A DNA stretch of 64,000 nucleotides from NCBI GenBank assembly GCA_030527285.1, contig JAUNBC010000002.1:32466-96465 (forward strand). The letters run 5' to 3'. Position 1 is the first letter of the stretch. Each line of letters opens with the position of its first letter. The notes beneath the pieces were generated by a model. That model saw only the letters and a list, made by a program, of their open reading frames with translations, was not told the origin of the DNA and did not search any database. The stretch comes from Bacillota bacterium. Its GTDB lineage: Bacteria > Bacillota > Dehalobacteriia > UBA4068. Positions 29,147-37,664 of the stretch are shown here, piece after piece. The translations under genes were made by a program, and so were the position numbers.

Positions 29147-29860
29147 TTACACCCCTTGCATATCGAAAACTACTATCGGTATATCATCGGGCGCCGCCAC
29201 GTCGGCGTCGCTGATATTGTTGAGCTGGATATTCTCATAGCGGACGGTATATTTCTCGCCCAGAGAATCGGTATAGCTGATTTGCAGCGGAAAGCCGGTA
29301 TTCGGGTCGATCCACAACGTTTCGTCCTGCGGCGCGGCTAATTTATAGCATAATACGCCGTCTACCAACTCTCGCCCCAGATAGCTGCATTGGCTGAAAT
29401 CCTCGCGCGTCGGATCATCGGGCAGGTCGCCGCTCTCGGGGTCAAAACTGGTCAGCAGCGCCGTCTCGTTATCGCCCGGCGAATAGGAGAGCACGGTATG
29501 AGCGGTAAAATCATAGTAGAACTCTGTCAGCAAATAGCCGCCGGAGCTGGAGACGACCTTCATCAGCTGGTCCTTGCGCCAGACCTGCATGAACACCTGC
29601 CCATCCGGATAGGGCACAGACTGTTCATAATAGAATGACGTGATCTGGCTCTGTAAGCCGCTGAGCGTATCGAACACCTGCTGCTGTTCATCGGCGATAC
29701 CGGAGTCGATGATCTGCTGCTCGCCGGACACGCCCGGCTCGATGATCTGCGGTTCAGGCTCGGCGGCCGGCTCGGCCTGCGGCGCGCAAGCGCAAAAAAA
29801 CAACGCCGCCACCGGCAGGGTCAAGCATAACGCTTTTCTGATCAGGGAAAAGGCCGCCAT
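29147..29860 (-). CDS. Secreted or lipid-anchored protein of unknown function (possible LolA-like fold)
   Basis: Signal peptide with Cys residues (LPVAALFFCACAPQ), then an acidic low-complexity linker and a beta-rich domain. Its stop abuts the murJ ATG. Start at ATG 29860 fits the GAGGA SD better than 29866. Confidence 0.55.
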   Translation of the reverse strand: MAAFSLIRKALCLTLPVAALFFCACAPQAEPAAEPEPQIIEPGVSGEQQIIDSGIADEQQQVFDTLSGLQSQITSFYYEQSVPYPDGQVFMQVWRKDQLMKVVSSSGGYLLTEFYYDFTAHTVLSYSPGDNETALLTSFDPESGDLPDDPTREDFSQCSYLGRELVDGVLCYKLAAPQDETLWIDPNTGFPLQISYTDSLGEKYTVRYENIQLNNISDADVAAPDDIPIVVFDMQGV

Positions 29861-29906
29861 TGGCATATCCTCAATGAAAGACGGGCGCTTGAAATTCTAC
29901 CGCATA

Positions 29907-29935
29907 ATTATAGCAGAATACTACCAAAAATACAA
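29907..29935 (-). promoter_or_regulatory. Sigma-A-type promoter for the lipoprotein-murJ-GT4-SH3b operon (-35 TTGTAT, 17 nt, -10 TATAAT)
   Basis: Minus-strand TTGTATttttggtagtattctgcTATAAT, immediately after the ispA stop. Confidence 0.55.
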
Positions 29936-29946
29936 GTATTTGCCGC

Positions 29947-30846
29947 TCAGCGCCAGCGCTGCGCCGCGTATAGCGGGAATTCGCGCAACAGCCGCGCCTC
30001 CGCGCCAAAGTCCGCCAGCTCGGCGACCGCCAGCTCAGCCGCCCGTAAGGCCGCCTGCTCTGCGCGCTCGCAGCCGACCAACGCCGCATAAGTATTCTTA
30101 TCGTTACGCGCATCGCTGCCGCTGCTTTTACCCAGCTGCGCCGCGTCGCTGCGTATATCGAGTATATCGTCGGCTATCTGAAAGGCCAGGCCGGCCTGCA
30201 TCGCATAGCGCGTTAAGGCCGCTATCTGCCGCTTTGACGCGCCGCATAAATGCGCCGCCGACAGTAACGCCGCCGCGAACAAAGCGCCGGTCTTGCGCTC
30301 ATACATATATATCAGCTGCGCTTCGTCCAGCGTCTGACCGACGGCGGCGATATCCACCGCCTGACCGGCCACCATGCCCGCAAGACCGGCATAACGCCCC
30401 ACCGCCTGCACCGCCGCCAATTGCCGCGCGGCGGCGATCTCGGGCAAAGGCGCGCACATCAGCGTAAAAGCATGCGTGAGCAGACCGTCGCCCGCCAATA
30501 TCGCCAGCGCCTCGCCATACACCTTATGGCAGGTGGGACGGCCGCGCCGCAGCTCGCCGTCGTCCATAGCCGGCAGATCGTCATGGATCAGCGAATAGGT
30601 ATGTATCATCTCCAAGGCCGCCGCGAATTCGATATAAGGCTGCCAATCGCGGTCAAAGGCGCGCAGCGCGGCGGCGAACAGCGCCGGACGCAAGCGTTTG
30701 CCGCCGGAATTGAGGCTGTGGCTGCAAGCGCGGTATAAGCCGGCCTCAAGGCTGCCGTCATCGGCGATCAGCCGCAGCAGCGCCGCGTCACAGGCGGCGG
30801 CTACTTCGGCGTTGAGCTCACGGAAGCTCCGCTCATCTGCCGTCAT
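29947..30846 (-). CDS. ispA: Farnesyl/geranyl diphosphate synthase (polyprenyl synthetase)
   Basis: 299 aa. LIHDDLPAMDD (first DDxxD) and FQIADDILD (second) motifs. xseA-xseB-ispA order as in Bacillus. Confidence 0.92.
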   Translation of the reverse strand: MTADERSFRELNAEVAAACDAALLRLIADDGSLEAGLYRACSHSLNSGGKRLRPALFAAALRAFDRDWQPYIEFAAALEMIHTYSLIHDDLPAMDDGELRRGRPTCHKVYGEALAILAGDGLLTHAFTLMCAPLPEIAAARQLAAVQAVGRYAGLAGMVAGQAVDIAAVGQTLDEAQLIYMYERKTGALFAAALLSAAHLCGASKRQIAALTRYAMQAGLAFQIADDILDIRSDAAQLGKSSGSDARNDKNTYAALVGCERAEQAALRAAELAVAELADFGAEARLLREFPLYAAQRWR

Positions 30847-31036
30847 CGCTGTCCAAGCCCCCCTTCGCTAATTCAGCCTCGGCGGCATTCAGCCGCGCGC
30901 GGCCGATGGCGATCAATTCCACGCCGCGCGCATACTGCTCGAGCATCTGCTCTAACGGCAGCTCGCCGCCTTCCAGCGCCGTAACGATCTCGTCAATGCG
31001 CGCGCTGATCTGTTCAAACGTCAATTGCTCATCCAT
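30833..31036 (-). CDS. xseB: Exodeoxyribonuclease VII small subunit
   Basis: 67 aa. FEQISARIDEIVTALEGGELPLEQMLEQYARGVEL. Confidence 0.9.
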   Translation of the reverse strand: MDEQLTFEQISARIDEIVTALEGGELPLEQMLEQYARGVELIAIGRARLNAAEAELAKGGLDSDDGR

Positions 31037-31037
31037 G

Positions 31038-32258
31038 TTAAGCCTCCGTTTTCCCTTTATCCTCTACCCGGCACCATAATTCGCCGCGCCGGAGCCGTAA
31101 TTGCAGCCGCTGCCCGATCTGCGCCTCGTCGCTGTCGCGCAACAATACGCCCCGCTCATCGGCGGCCAGCGCATAACCGCGCGCCAAAGTCGCAAGCGGA
31201 CTGAGCAGTTGCAGGCGCGCCGCCTGCCGCGACAGACGCTCCCCGACGCTCCCGTACTCCGTTCGCGCCGCCGCCGTCAGCCGCCGCTCGGCCTCGTCCA
31301 GGCCGCGTATCGCCGGCTCCAGCAGCTGCAAAGGCCGCGTCCAGCAGCCATGCGCCGCCTGCGCCATCAGCCGCTCGCGCCGCCGCTCCAGTTCCCGCGT
31401 CAGCAGCTGGCGCAAGCGTTCCCCGCGCTGTTCAAGCAAGGCGCGTAATTCCGCCGCCTCGGGCACGGCCAGCTGCGCCGCATGTGAAGGCGTAGCGGCG
31501 CGTACGTCCGCCGCCAAGTCGGCCAGCGTGGCGTCCGTCTCATGCCCCACCGCCGAGATCAGCGGCGTATGCGCGGCATGGATGGCGCGTACCACCTGCT
31601 CGCTGTTGAAGGCGGCCAGATCTTCCGCCGCCCCGCCGCCGCGTCCGACTATCAGTATATCATGCCCGCCGCCGTCGGCTAAAGCTATGGCCGCCGCAAG
31701 CTCCGCCGGCGCGTTATCGCCCTGCACCAGCGTATTATAGACGACCAGCCGCAGCTGCGGCCAGCGCGCATAGGCGATGCGCTGTATATCCGCCCACGCC
31801 GCGCCCTGCGCCGAGGTAACTACGCCGACGCTCTCGGCAAAACGCGGTAACGGCTGCTTGGCCGCCTCGTCAAACAACCCCTCCGCCGCCAGCCGCTGGC
31901 TGAGCTCGCGCAGCGCTTGCGCCGCCGCGCCGCCGCCCACCTCGTACAGCTCCTCGGCATAGAGCTGGCATACGCCGTCGCGCTCATATAGGGACAGCGA
32001 GCCGAAGACCACGATCTCCATACCGTCATGCGGCATAACTTGCGCCTGGTCGGTATAACGGCGGAACATCACGGTCTTGAGCTGGCAATCCTTCTCCTTC
32101 AGGCTGAAGTACCAATGCCCGGAGCTATGCGCGCGAAAACCCGCGACCTCGCCCTTGATCGCGATCGATTCCAGCAGCGGGTCATCGGCCAAATACTGTT
32201 TGAGGTAATAATTTACTTCCGCCACGCCAAAAATGCGCGGACTGATGATCTCACTCAT
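31038..32258 (-). CDS. xseA: Exodeoxyribonuclease VII large subunit
   Basis: 406 aa. OB-fold N-terminus (VAEVNYYLKQYL...IAIKGEVAG) and catalytic ILIVGRGGGAAEDL region. Confidence 0.92.
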   Translation of the reverse strand: MSEIISPRIFGVAEVNYYLKQYLADDPLLESIAIKGEVAGFRAHSSGHWYFSLKEKDCQLKTVMFRRYTDQAQVMPHDGMEIVVFGSLSLYERDGVCQLYAEELYEVGGGAAAQALRELSQRLAAEGLFDEAAKQPLPRFAESVGVVTSAQGAAWADIQRIAYARWPQLRLVVYNTLVQGDNAPAELAAAIALADGGGHDILIVGRGGGAAEDLAAFNSEQVVRAIHAAHTPLISAVGHETDATLADLAADVRAATPSHAAQLAVPEAAELRALLEQRGERLRQLLTRELERRRERLMAQAAHGCWTRPLQLLEPAIRGLDEAERRLTAAARTEYGSVGERLSRQAARLQLLSPLATLARGYALAADERGVLLRDSDEAQIGQRLQLRLRRGELWCRVEDKGKTEA

Positions 32259-32314
32259 GTTTTCCCATATTCACCGGCAAAAGGTAATTATCCTGCCGCT
32301 TATTCAATAGCAAT

Positions 32315-32338
32315 ATTTTATGTGTTTTCACATAAAAT
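32315..32338. promoter_or_regulatory. Perfect 10-bp inverted repeat (candidate operator) in the xseA/flavoprotein divergent region
   Basis: ATTTTATGTG-tttt-CACATAAAAT. Confidence 0.4.
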
Positions 32339-32352
32339 TCATTATATTGCTG

Positions 32353-32381
32353 TTGTGCAACGGTGAAATCTATTGTATAAT
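32353..32381 (+). promoter_or_regulatory. Sigma-A-type promoter for the flavodoxin-like gene (-35 TTGTGC, 17 nt, -10 TATAAT)
   Basis: TTGTGCaacggtgaaatctattgTATAAT. The -10 lies within ATTGTAT-type repeats spaced about 11-12 nt apart (32372-32400). Confidence 0.5.
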
Positions 32382-32432
32382 AATTGTATGAATAATGTAC
32401 ACAATTTAAGCTAAACGAAAGGAGTTGACCTC

Positions 32433-32969
32433 ATGTCCAAACACGTTTTTGTATTACAGGGCAGCAGCCGCGCCGACGGCAACAGCGTCGATTTAGCCAA
32501 CGCTTTCATCGAGGGATGCAAGGCGGGAGGGCATACGGTCGTAATGCCACCGATCAACGGCAAGGATATCAGCGGTTGTCTGGCTTGCGATATTTGCCGG
32601 CGCAACGGCGGGTTCTGCAATATCCACGACTATATGTATGAGCTGTATCGCGAATTCCAGCTCTGCGAGGTTATCGCCATTGTCACGCCGATGTATTTCT
32701 TTATGCTGCCGGCGCAGATCAAGGCCATTATCGACCGCCTCTATTGCTTCGGCCCCGATTATCCCAAGAAGGAAGTTATACTGATGTGCACCAGCTTCTC
32801 CGACGAGCCGAACGTCTTCTCGCCCTTACTCGATTATCACGATCATCTGGTCAATTATCTCGGCTGGGAGGAGAAGGGCCGCATCCTTGTGCAAGGCTTA
32901 TCGCATAAGGGCGATATCAAAATGCGCCCCGAGTATCAGCAGGCCTATGAATTAGGCAAAAGCCTCTGA
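32433..32969 (+). CDS. Flavodoxin-like fold FMN reductase / iron-sulfur flavoprotein family protein
   Basis: 178 aa. VFVLQGSSRADGNS N-terminus, CLACDIC cysteine motif and TPMYFFMLPAQIKAIIDR, typical of the NADPH-dependent FMN reductase/Isf family. AAAGGAG SD. Confidence 0.75.
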   Translation: MSKHVFVLQGSSRADGNSVDLANAFIEGCKAGGHTVVMPPINGKDISGCLACDICRRNGGFCNIHDYMYELYREFQLCEVIAIVTPMYFFMLPAQIKAIIDRLYCFGPDYPKKEVILMCTSFSDEPNVFSPLLDYHDHLVNYLGWEEKGRILVQGLSHKGDIKMRPEYQQAYELGKSL

Positions 32970-33041
32970 GCCGGCGCTCAGTCGTTGCTACATACAAAAA
33001 CGCTCTCATCCCATGGATGAGAGCGTTTTGCATATAACAGC

Positions 33042-34436
33042 TTATTTGTTCTTGATATAATCGTCGATAGCGGCGGCAGCTTTCTTGCCTGCGCCCATCG
33101 CCAGGATAACCGTCGCGGCGCCGGTCACGGCGTCGCCGCCGGCATATACGCCCTCGCGAGAGGTCTTGCCGGTCTCTTCGTCGGCGATGATGCCGCCCCA
33201 GCTCTGGCATTCCAGACCGGGGGTGGTGGACTTGATCAGCGGATTGGGGCTGTTGCCGATGGCGATGACCACGGTCTGCACGTCAATAATATACTCGCTG
33301 CCCTTCTTGGCGATCGGACGGCGGCGGCCGGAAGCATCAGGCTCGCCCAATTCCATCTCGATTACTTCCATAGACTTGACGCGGCCTTCCTCATCGCCGA
33401 AGATCTGCGTGGGATTGGTCAGCAGGCGGAAGATGATGCCTTCTTCCTTGGCATGATGCACTTCCTCGGCACGGGCGGGCAGCTCGGCGTCGGAACGGCG
33501 GTAAACGATATAGACGTGCTCAGCGCCCATACGCTTGGCGCAGCGCGCAGCGTCCATCGCCACATTGCCGCCGCCGACTACGGCCACGGTCTTGCCGACC
33601 TTGACCGGGGTATCGTGCTGAGGGAAATCGTAGGCTTTCATCAGATTGATGCGGGTGAGGAACTCATTGGCGGAATAAACGCCGAGCAGATTTTCGCCGG
33701 GGATCTTCTGGAAATTAGGCAGACCGGCGCCGGAACCGACGAAAACGGCCTCGAAGCCCTCTTCCTGCAGCAATTCATCGAGCGTGGTCGATTTGCCGAT
33801 CACCATGTTGGGGATCAGTTTGACGCCCAGCGCCTCGACGGTAGCGATCTCTCTGCGTACCAAAGCCTTGGGCAGACGGAATTCGGGGATACCGTAAACC
33901 AGCACGCCGCCGGGAGTATGCAGGGCTTCAAATATCGTTACCTGATAGCCGAGCTTGGCCAAGTCGCCGGCGCAGGTCAGGCCGGCCGGACCGGAACCGA
34001 TGACCGCTACCTTGTGGCCGTTGGAGGGAGCGACCTCGACCTTCTCGACGCTATGCTCCATCTGATAATCGGCAACGAAACGCTCAACGCGGCCGATACC
34101 GACCGGTTCGCCCTTCTTGCCGCGCACGCACAGCGCCTCGCACTGCGTTTCCTGCGGACAAACGCGGCCGCAGATCGCCGGCAGGCTGTTGGTGCTTTTG
34201 ACCACGGCGGCGGCTTCAAGGAATTTGCCCTCGGCGACCAAAGACAGAAATTCGGGGATGCGTACATTGACCGGACAACCGGCTACGCAAGGTTGATTTT
34301 TGCAGTTAAGGCAGCGCTGCGCCTCGTCCATCGCCATCTCAGCGGTATAACCAAGCGCCACTTCCTTGAAATTACCGGCGCGTACCTGCGGGTCCTGCTC
34401 CGGAATCTTGTTTTTATCCAAGCGCATATTAGCCAT
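33042..34436 (-). CDS. nfnB: NADH-dependent reduced ferredoxin:NADP+ oxidoreductase subunit B (GltD-like, SudA-like)
   Basis: 464 aa from MANMRLDK. CLNCKNQPCVAGCP and ICGRVCPQETQCE Fe-S motifs plus VAVIGSGPAGL FAD/NAD motifs. TAATG overlap with nfnA. Confidence 0.85.
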   Translation of the reverse strand: MANMRLDKNKIPEQDPQVRAGNFKEVALGYTAEMAMDEAQRCLNCKNQPCVAGCPVNVRIPEFLSLVAEGKFLEAAAVVKSTNSLPAICGRVCPQETQCEALCVRGKKGEPVGIGRVERFVADYQMEHSVEKVEVAPSNGHKVAVIGSGPAGLTCAGDLAKLGYQVTIFEALHTPGGVLVYGIPEFRLPKALVRREIATVEALGVKLIPNMVIGKSTTLDELLQEEGFEAVFVGSGAGLPNFQKIPGENLLGVYSANEFLTRINLMKAYDFPQHDTPVKVGKTVAVVGGGNVAMDAARCAKRMGAEHVYIVYRRSDAELPARAEEVHHAKEEGIIFRLLTNPTQIFGDEEGRVKSMEVIEMELGEPDASGRRRPIAKKGSEYIIDVQTVVIAIGNSPNPLIKSTTPGLECQSWGGIIADEETGKTSREGVYAGGDAVTGAATVILAMGAGKKAAAAIDDYIKNK

Positions 34437-35278
34437 TATTTGGCACCTCCCGTCAGTCGGCATTCATGCTTCTTCATGCTCTCCGCTTCCTCGGTACTAT
34501 ACATACGCGAGCGCGCCATCGCTTCCTCAAAATCGACGAGATGACCGTCGAAATCGGGGCCGTCGACGCAAGCGAACTTGGTCTTGCCGTCCACGGTCAG
34601 GCGGCAGCAGCCGCACATACCGGTGCCGTCCACCATCACCGAGTTCATCGACACGATGGTATGTATTTTCTTCTCGCGGGTCATATCGGCCACGGCCTTC
34701 ATCATCATCAGCGGGCCAATGGCGATAACGGTATCATACTCCACACCCTCGGCCAGCTTCTTCTCCAGCGCCGCCGTGACAAAGCCCTTGTTGCCATTGG
34801 AGCCGTCATCGGTCATCACGACCAGATTGGTGCAGGCATTGTTGAATTCTTCCTCGAGGATGATCAGCTCCTTATTCTTGAAGCCGACGATGAAGTCAAC
34901 TTCCGCGCCGAGGTCATGCAGCGCCTTGGCTTGCGGATAGGCGATAGCCACGCCCAGGCCGCCGCCGACCACGCACACTTTTTTCATGCCGTCGAACTCG
35001 GAGGCGATGCCGAGCGGGCCGACAAAATCGAGCAGCTCGTCGCCCTCGTTCATCAGATCGAGGGCATAGGTGGTATAACCGACTTTTTGGAAAATGATCG
35101 TGATCGTACCGGCTTCGCGGTCATATCCGGCTATGGTGAGCGGAATGCGTTCGCCGTCCTCATTTATGCGCAGCATGATGAATTGACCGGGCAGAGCTTT
35201 CTTGGCGATATGCGGCGCCAATATCTCCATGTAGGTCACTGTGGGGTTCAAAACCCGTTTCTTGACGATTGGAAACAT
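34436..35278 (-). CDS. nfnA: Ferredoxin-NADP+ reductase-like subunit A of NfnAB (SudB/PyrK-like, FAD + [2Fe-2S])
   Basis: 280 aa from MFPIVKKRVLNP (GGAGG SD). C-terminal CGxGxCGCC cluster (DGTGMCGCCRL...FACVDGP). The track start at 35338 is over-extended. Confidence 0.85.
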   Translation of the reverse strand: MFPIVKKRVLNPTVTYMEILAPHIAKKALPGQFIMLRINEDGERIPLTIAGYDREAGTITIIFQKVGYTTYALDLMNEGDELLDFVGPLGIASEFDGMKKVCVVGGGLGVAIAYPQAKALHDLGAEVDFIVGFKNKELIILEEEFNNACTNLVVMTDDGSNGNKGFVTAALEKKLAEGVEYDTVIAIGPLMMMKAVADMTREKKIHTIVSMNSVMVDGTGMCGCCRLTVDGKTKFACVDGPDFDGHLVDFEEAMARSRMYSTEEAESMKKHECRLTGGAK

Positions 35279-35343
35279 GTTACTCCTCCTCAAACAATTA
35301 TTTATCTCAATGCACAAAAAAAAGACCGATTTTGCCACAAAAA

Positions 35344-36291
35344 TTATAGCTGATAATCACGGCTTTTGTCAAGGCTTGTTTGATTTGCCGCAATAGTCAA
35401 TAAAGCCACTCCGACGGCATTATCCGTGGCGTATTGAGGGTGAGCGAAATAGCTGTCTCCATCATCAAGATAAGGACGGATCAACTGATTGGCCGCCACG
35501 CCTCCGGCCAGCACCAATTTGCGGCAGCCGCTGCGCTGCCGCGCATACTCCACGGCCTTGGCCAGCGATTTGCCGATATTGACGAATACCGCCGCCGCGA
35601 TATCCGCCGGCGCTACCCGCCGCGCTATTGCCCGCTGAGCCGCCGCCTCCGGTCCGGAAAAGGAGATCATCCCCTCCTTGACCGAGCTGCTGAGGCGAAA
35701 GCCGCCGCCGGCTCCGGCGGCCAGCCGCTCCAATTGCGCGCCCGCCGGAAAGCTCAGGCCCAACGCCACGCCCACGCGGTCGATATACTGGCCGGCTGCC
35801 AGATCGGAGCTGCACAGCAGCTCCACGCCATAACCCGCGTCCCTGGGGCTGACCTGTAATATCTCGGTGGTGCCGCCGGACAGATGCGCCGCCAGAAACG
35901 GCTCGCGCCATTCGAGCCTCCTTGACCATAAGGCGGCGGCGATATGCCCCTCCTGATGCGAAAAACGCAGCAACGGCACTTGCAGCATCGCCGCAAGCGA
36001 ACGCGCCGCGCTCAAACCTGCCATGAATACCGGCATATATGAATCAGCTTGGGGGCGCGGCGCGTCAGACACGCCGACCGCGCTGATCTTATCGCCGGCC
36101 AAAGCCTCCGCCGCCTGCTCCAGTATTTCCGGCAGATTACGCATATGCTCGAATACGGCCTCGCTCTGCCGCAGGCCGCAAGCTCCGTCCTGCACAGGCA
36201 AAGGCCGCCTTATATCTGATATAAGACGACCCTGCATATCACATAGCGCTACGGATGTAGTATAACAACTGGTATCAACTGCGAGTATCAT
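35344..36291 (-). CDS. Kae1/TsaD-family (peptidase M22 / ASKHA) paralog, function uncertain
   Basis: 315 aa. Has ILAVDTSCYTTSVAL, SHQEGHI (metal His pair), HLSGGTTEIL, ISFSG, LAGGVAANQLIR and ATDNAVGVA, collinear with TsaD motifs but divergent. ATGA overlap with the nusB stop. Confidence 0.65.
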   Translation of the reverse strand: MILAVDTSCYTTSVALCDMQGRLISDIRRPLPVQDGACGLRQSEAVFEHMRNLPEILEQAAEALAGDKISAVGVSDAPRPQADSYMPVFMAGLSAARSLAAMLQVPLLRFSHQEGHIAAALWSRRLEWREPFLAAHLSGGTTEILQVSPRDAGYGVELLCSSDLAAGQYIDRVGVALGLSFPAGAQLERLAAGAGGGFRLSSSVKEGMISFSGPEAAAQRAIARRVAPADIAAAVFVNIGKSLAKAVEYARQRSGCRKLVLAGGVAANQLIRPYLDDGDSYFAHPQYATDNAVGVALLTIAANQTSLDKSRDYQL

Positions 36292-36830
36292 ACTTCACCG
36301 TTTGACTGTTTCAGTTCTTTATTGTAGATGGCGTCAAGCACGCCGTTGACGAAAGCGCCCGAATCATCGCTGCCGAATTTCTTGGCCAGCTCGATCGCTT
36401 CGTTGATCACGATATTGGCCGGAGTATCCGGCAGATAAAACAGCTCATACAGCGCCAGCCGCAGCACGCAGCGGTCTACCGCCGAGATGCGCTCGACGTC
36501 CCATTGGCGGGTATAGCCGGCGATACGCTGATCCAGCTCGGCCAGACGCGCGGTGGTATTGGCCGCCAGCAGCGAGGCAAAGGCGGCGTTATCATCGCTA
36601 AGCCCGATATCGGCCAAAAGCTCGCCGGCATGGGCAAAGTCGTCCTGCCCGAAATCTACGCCGTACAGCAGCAGCAGCGCCGCCTCACGCGCACGGCGGC
36701 GCGGCTTAGGCGAAAGCTGCGCATAATCGTCGCGGTTGAGCTCGGCAAAGCGCTCGGCGGCAGCGGCGGCGGCTATTTCCTCCCGCTCACGCTGCTCGCG
36801 CTGCTTTTTTGTCTCTTTGGCAGCCGTCAT
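36288..36830 (-). CDS. nusB: Transcription antitermination factor NusB with a ~45-aa charged N-terminal extension
   Basis: NusB core from RRRAREAALLLLYGVDF to the C-terminus. ATG 36830 lies 2 nt after the DUF2273 stop. The track TTG start at 36848 is less likely. Confidence 0.85.
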   Translation of the reverse strand: MTAAKETKKQREQREREEIAAAAAAERFAELNRDDYAQLSPKPRRRAREAALLLLYGVDFGQDDFAHAGELLADIGLSDDNAAFASLLAANTTARLAELDQRIAGYTRQWDVERISAVDRCVLRLALYELFYLPDTPANIVINEAIELAKKFGSDDSGAFVNGVLDAIYNKELKQSNGEV

Positions 36831-36832
36831 CT

Positions 36833-37054
36833 TTAGCCCCGATTCCAATAATCGCGGAGCTTGGACTTGATATCAACGCGCTTGTCGATCTGCCGTCCGA
36901 CCAAAGCGCCGGCTGCGACGCACAGACAAATGAATACCGCCCACCAAAAGCCGAAATCAATGACCATGAGCGCAAATATCAAACCGCATACGGCAAGGAT
37001 GATCTTCCATTTATGATGCAACCACAATTCAGCAAGCTGTTTATCCAATTCCAC
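36833..37054 (-). CDS. DUF2273-type small integral membrane protein
   Basis: 73 aa, two TM helices (WKIILAVCGLIFALMVIDFGFWWAVFICLCVAAGALVG). GTG start with AGGAGGTG SD. Conserved asp23-amaP-DUF2273 context. Confidence 0.75.
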   Translation of the reverse strand: MELDKQLAELWLHHKWKIILAVCGLIFALMVIDFGFWWAVFICLCVAAGALVGRQIDKRVDIKSKLRDYWNRG

Positions 37055-37601
37055 CGGCCGACACCTCCTGCGGCTTATCCACGATACTCGTCACCACGAC
37101 CTTGATCTCCGCCGGAACCAGGCCGACTATGGCCTCCAGCTGTGAGGCCACCTCCTGCTTGACGGCGTTGCCGGTAGGCGGTATCGGCGTATCCTGCGGC
37201 ACGCCGATATTCAGCCCCACCACCAGCCCGTTATTGACCACGGCCAGCTCGGTGGCGACGTTCTTGACGCCCGCCACACCGGCTGCGGCCTTTTTGACCA
37301 CGTTATCGACGGCAGCCAAGCTGATGTCGATGGAGCCGCCGTCGCAGGAGAAAATGCGCACCTGCTTGGGCGCGGCTTGCGTCTTAACGCCGATGATGAA
37401 GATGAAGACGCCGAGCAGCAGCAATCCGGCGGCTACCGCCGCCGTCGCCCAGAAGCTGCGTCCGCTGACCAGATTATACTCGAAAAAGGCGACGATATCC
37501 TCGGCGATAGCGCCGTTGATCAGGCAGACCACCAGCAGCGCCGCCGCTAAGATCAGTAACAGCGCCAAGATGATCAATATCGCCCTACGCAATCCACTCA
37601 T
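37041..37601 (-). CDS. amaP: Alkaline shock response membrane anchor protein AmaP
   Basis: 186 aa, two N-terminal TM helices, follows the Asp23 gene. GGAGGGGG SD. Confidence 0.75.
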   Translation of the reverse strand: MSGLRRAILIILALLLILAAALLVVCLINGAIAEDIVAFFEYNLVSGRSFWATAAVAAGLLLLGVFIFIIGVKTQAAPKQVRIFSCDGGSIDISLAAVDNVVKKAAAGVAGVKNVATELAVVNNGLVVGLNIGVPQDTPIPPTGNAVKQEVASQLEAIVGLVPAEIKVVVTSIVDKPQEVSAGGIG

Positions 37602-37664
37602 ATACAGTTACCCCCTCCAAGAGCGTCATGCTGCGCCGGCCTTGCGCCGCCGGCACAGTGTGAG

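Noticed and set aside
29867-29946. Possible OLE RNA locus, because OLE RNA lies just downstream of ispA in some Firmicutes.
   Set aside because: The ispA-downstream spacer is only 80 nt and holds a simple promoter. There is no room for a ~600-nt RNA, and no oapA-like gene follows.
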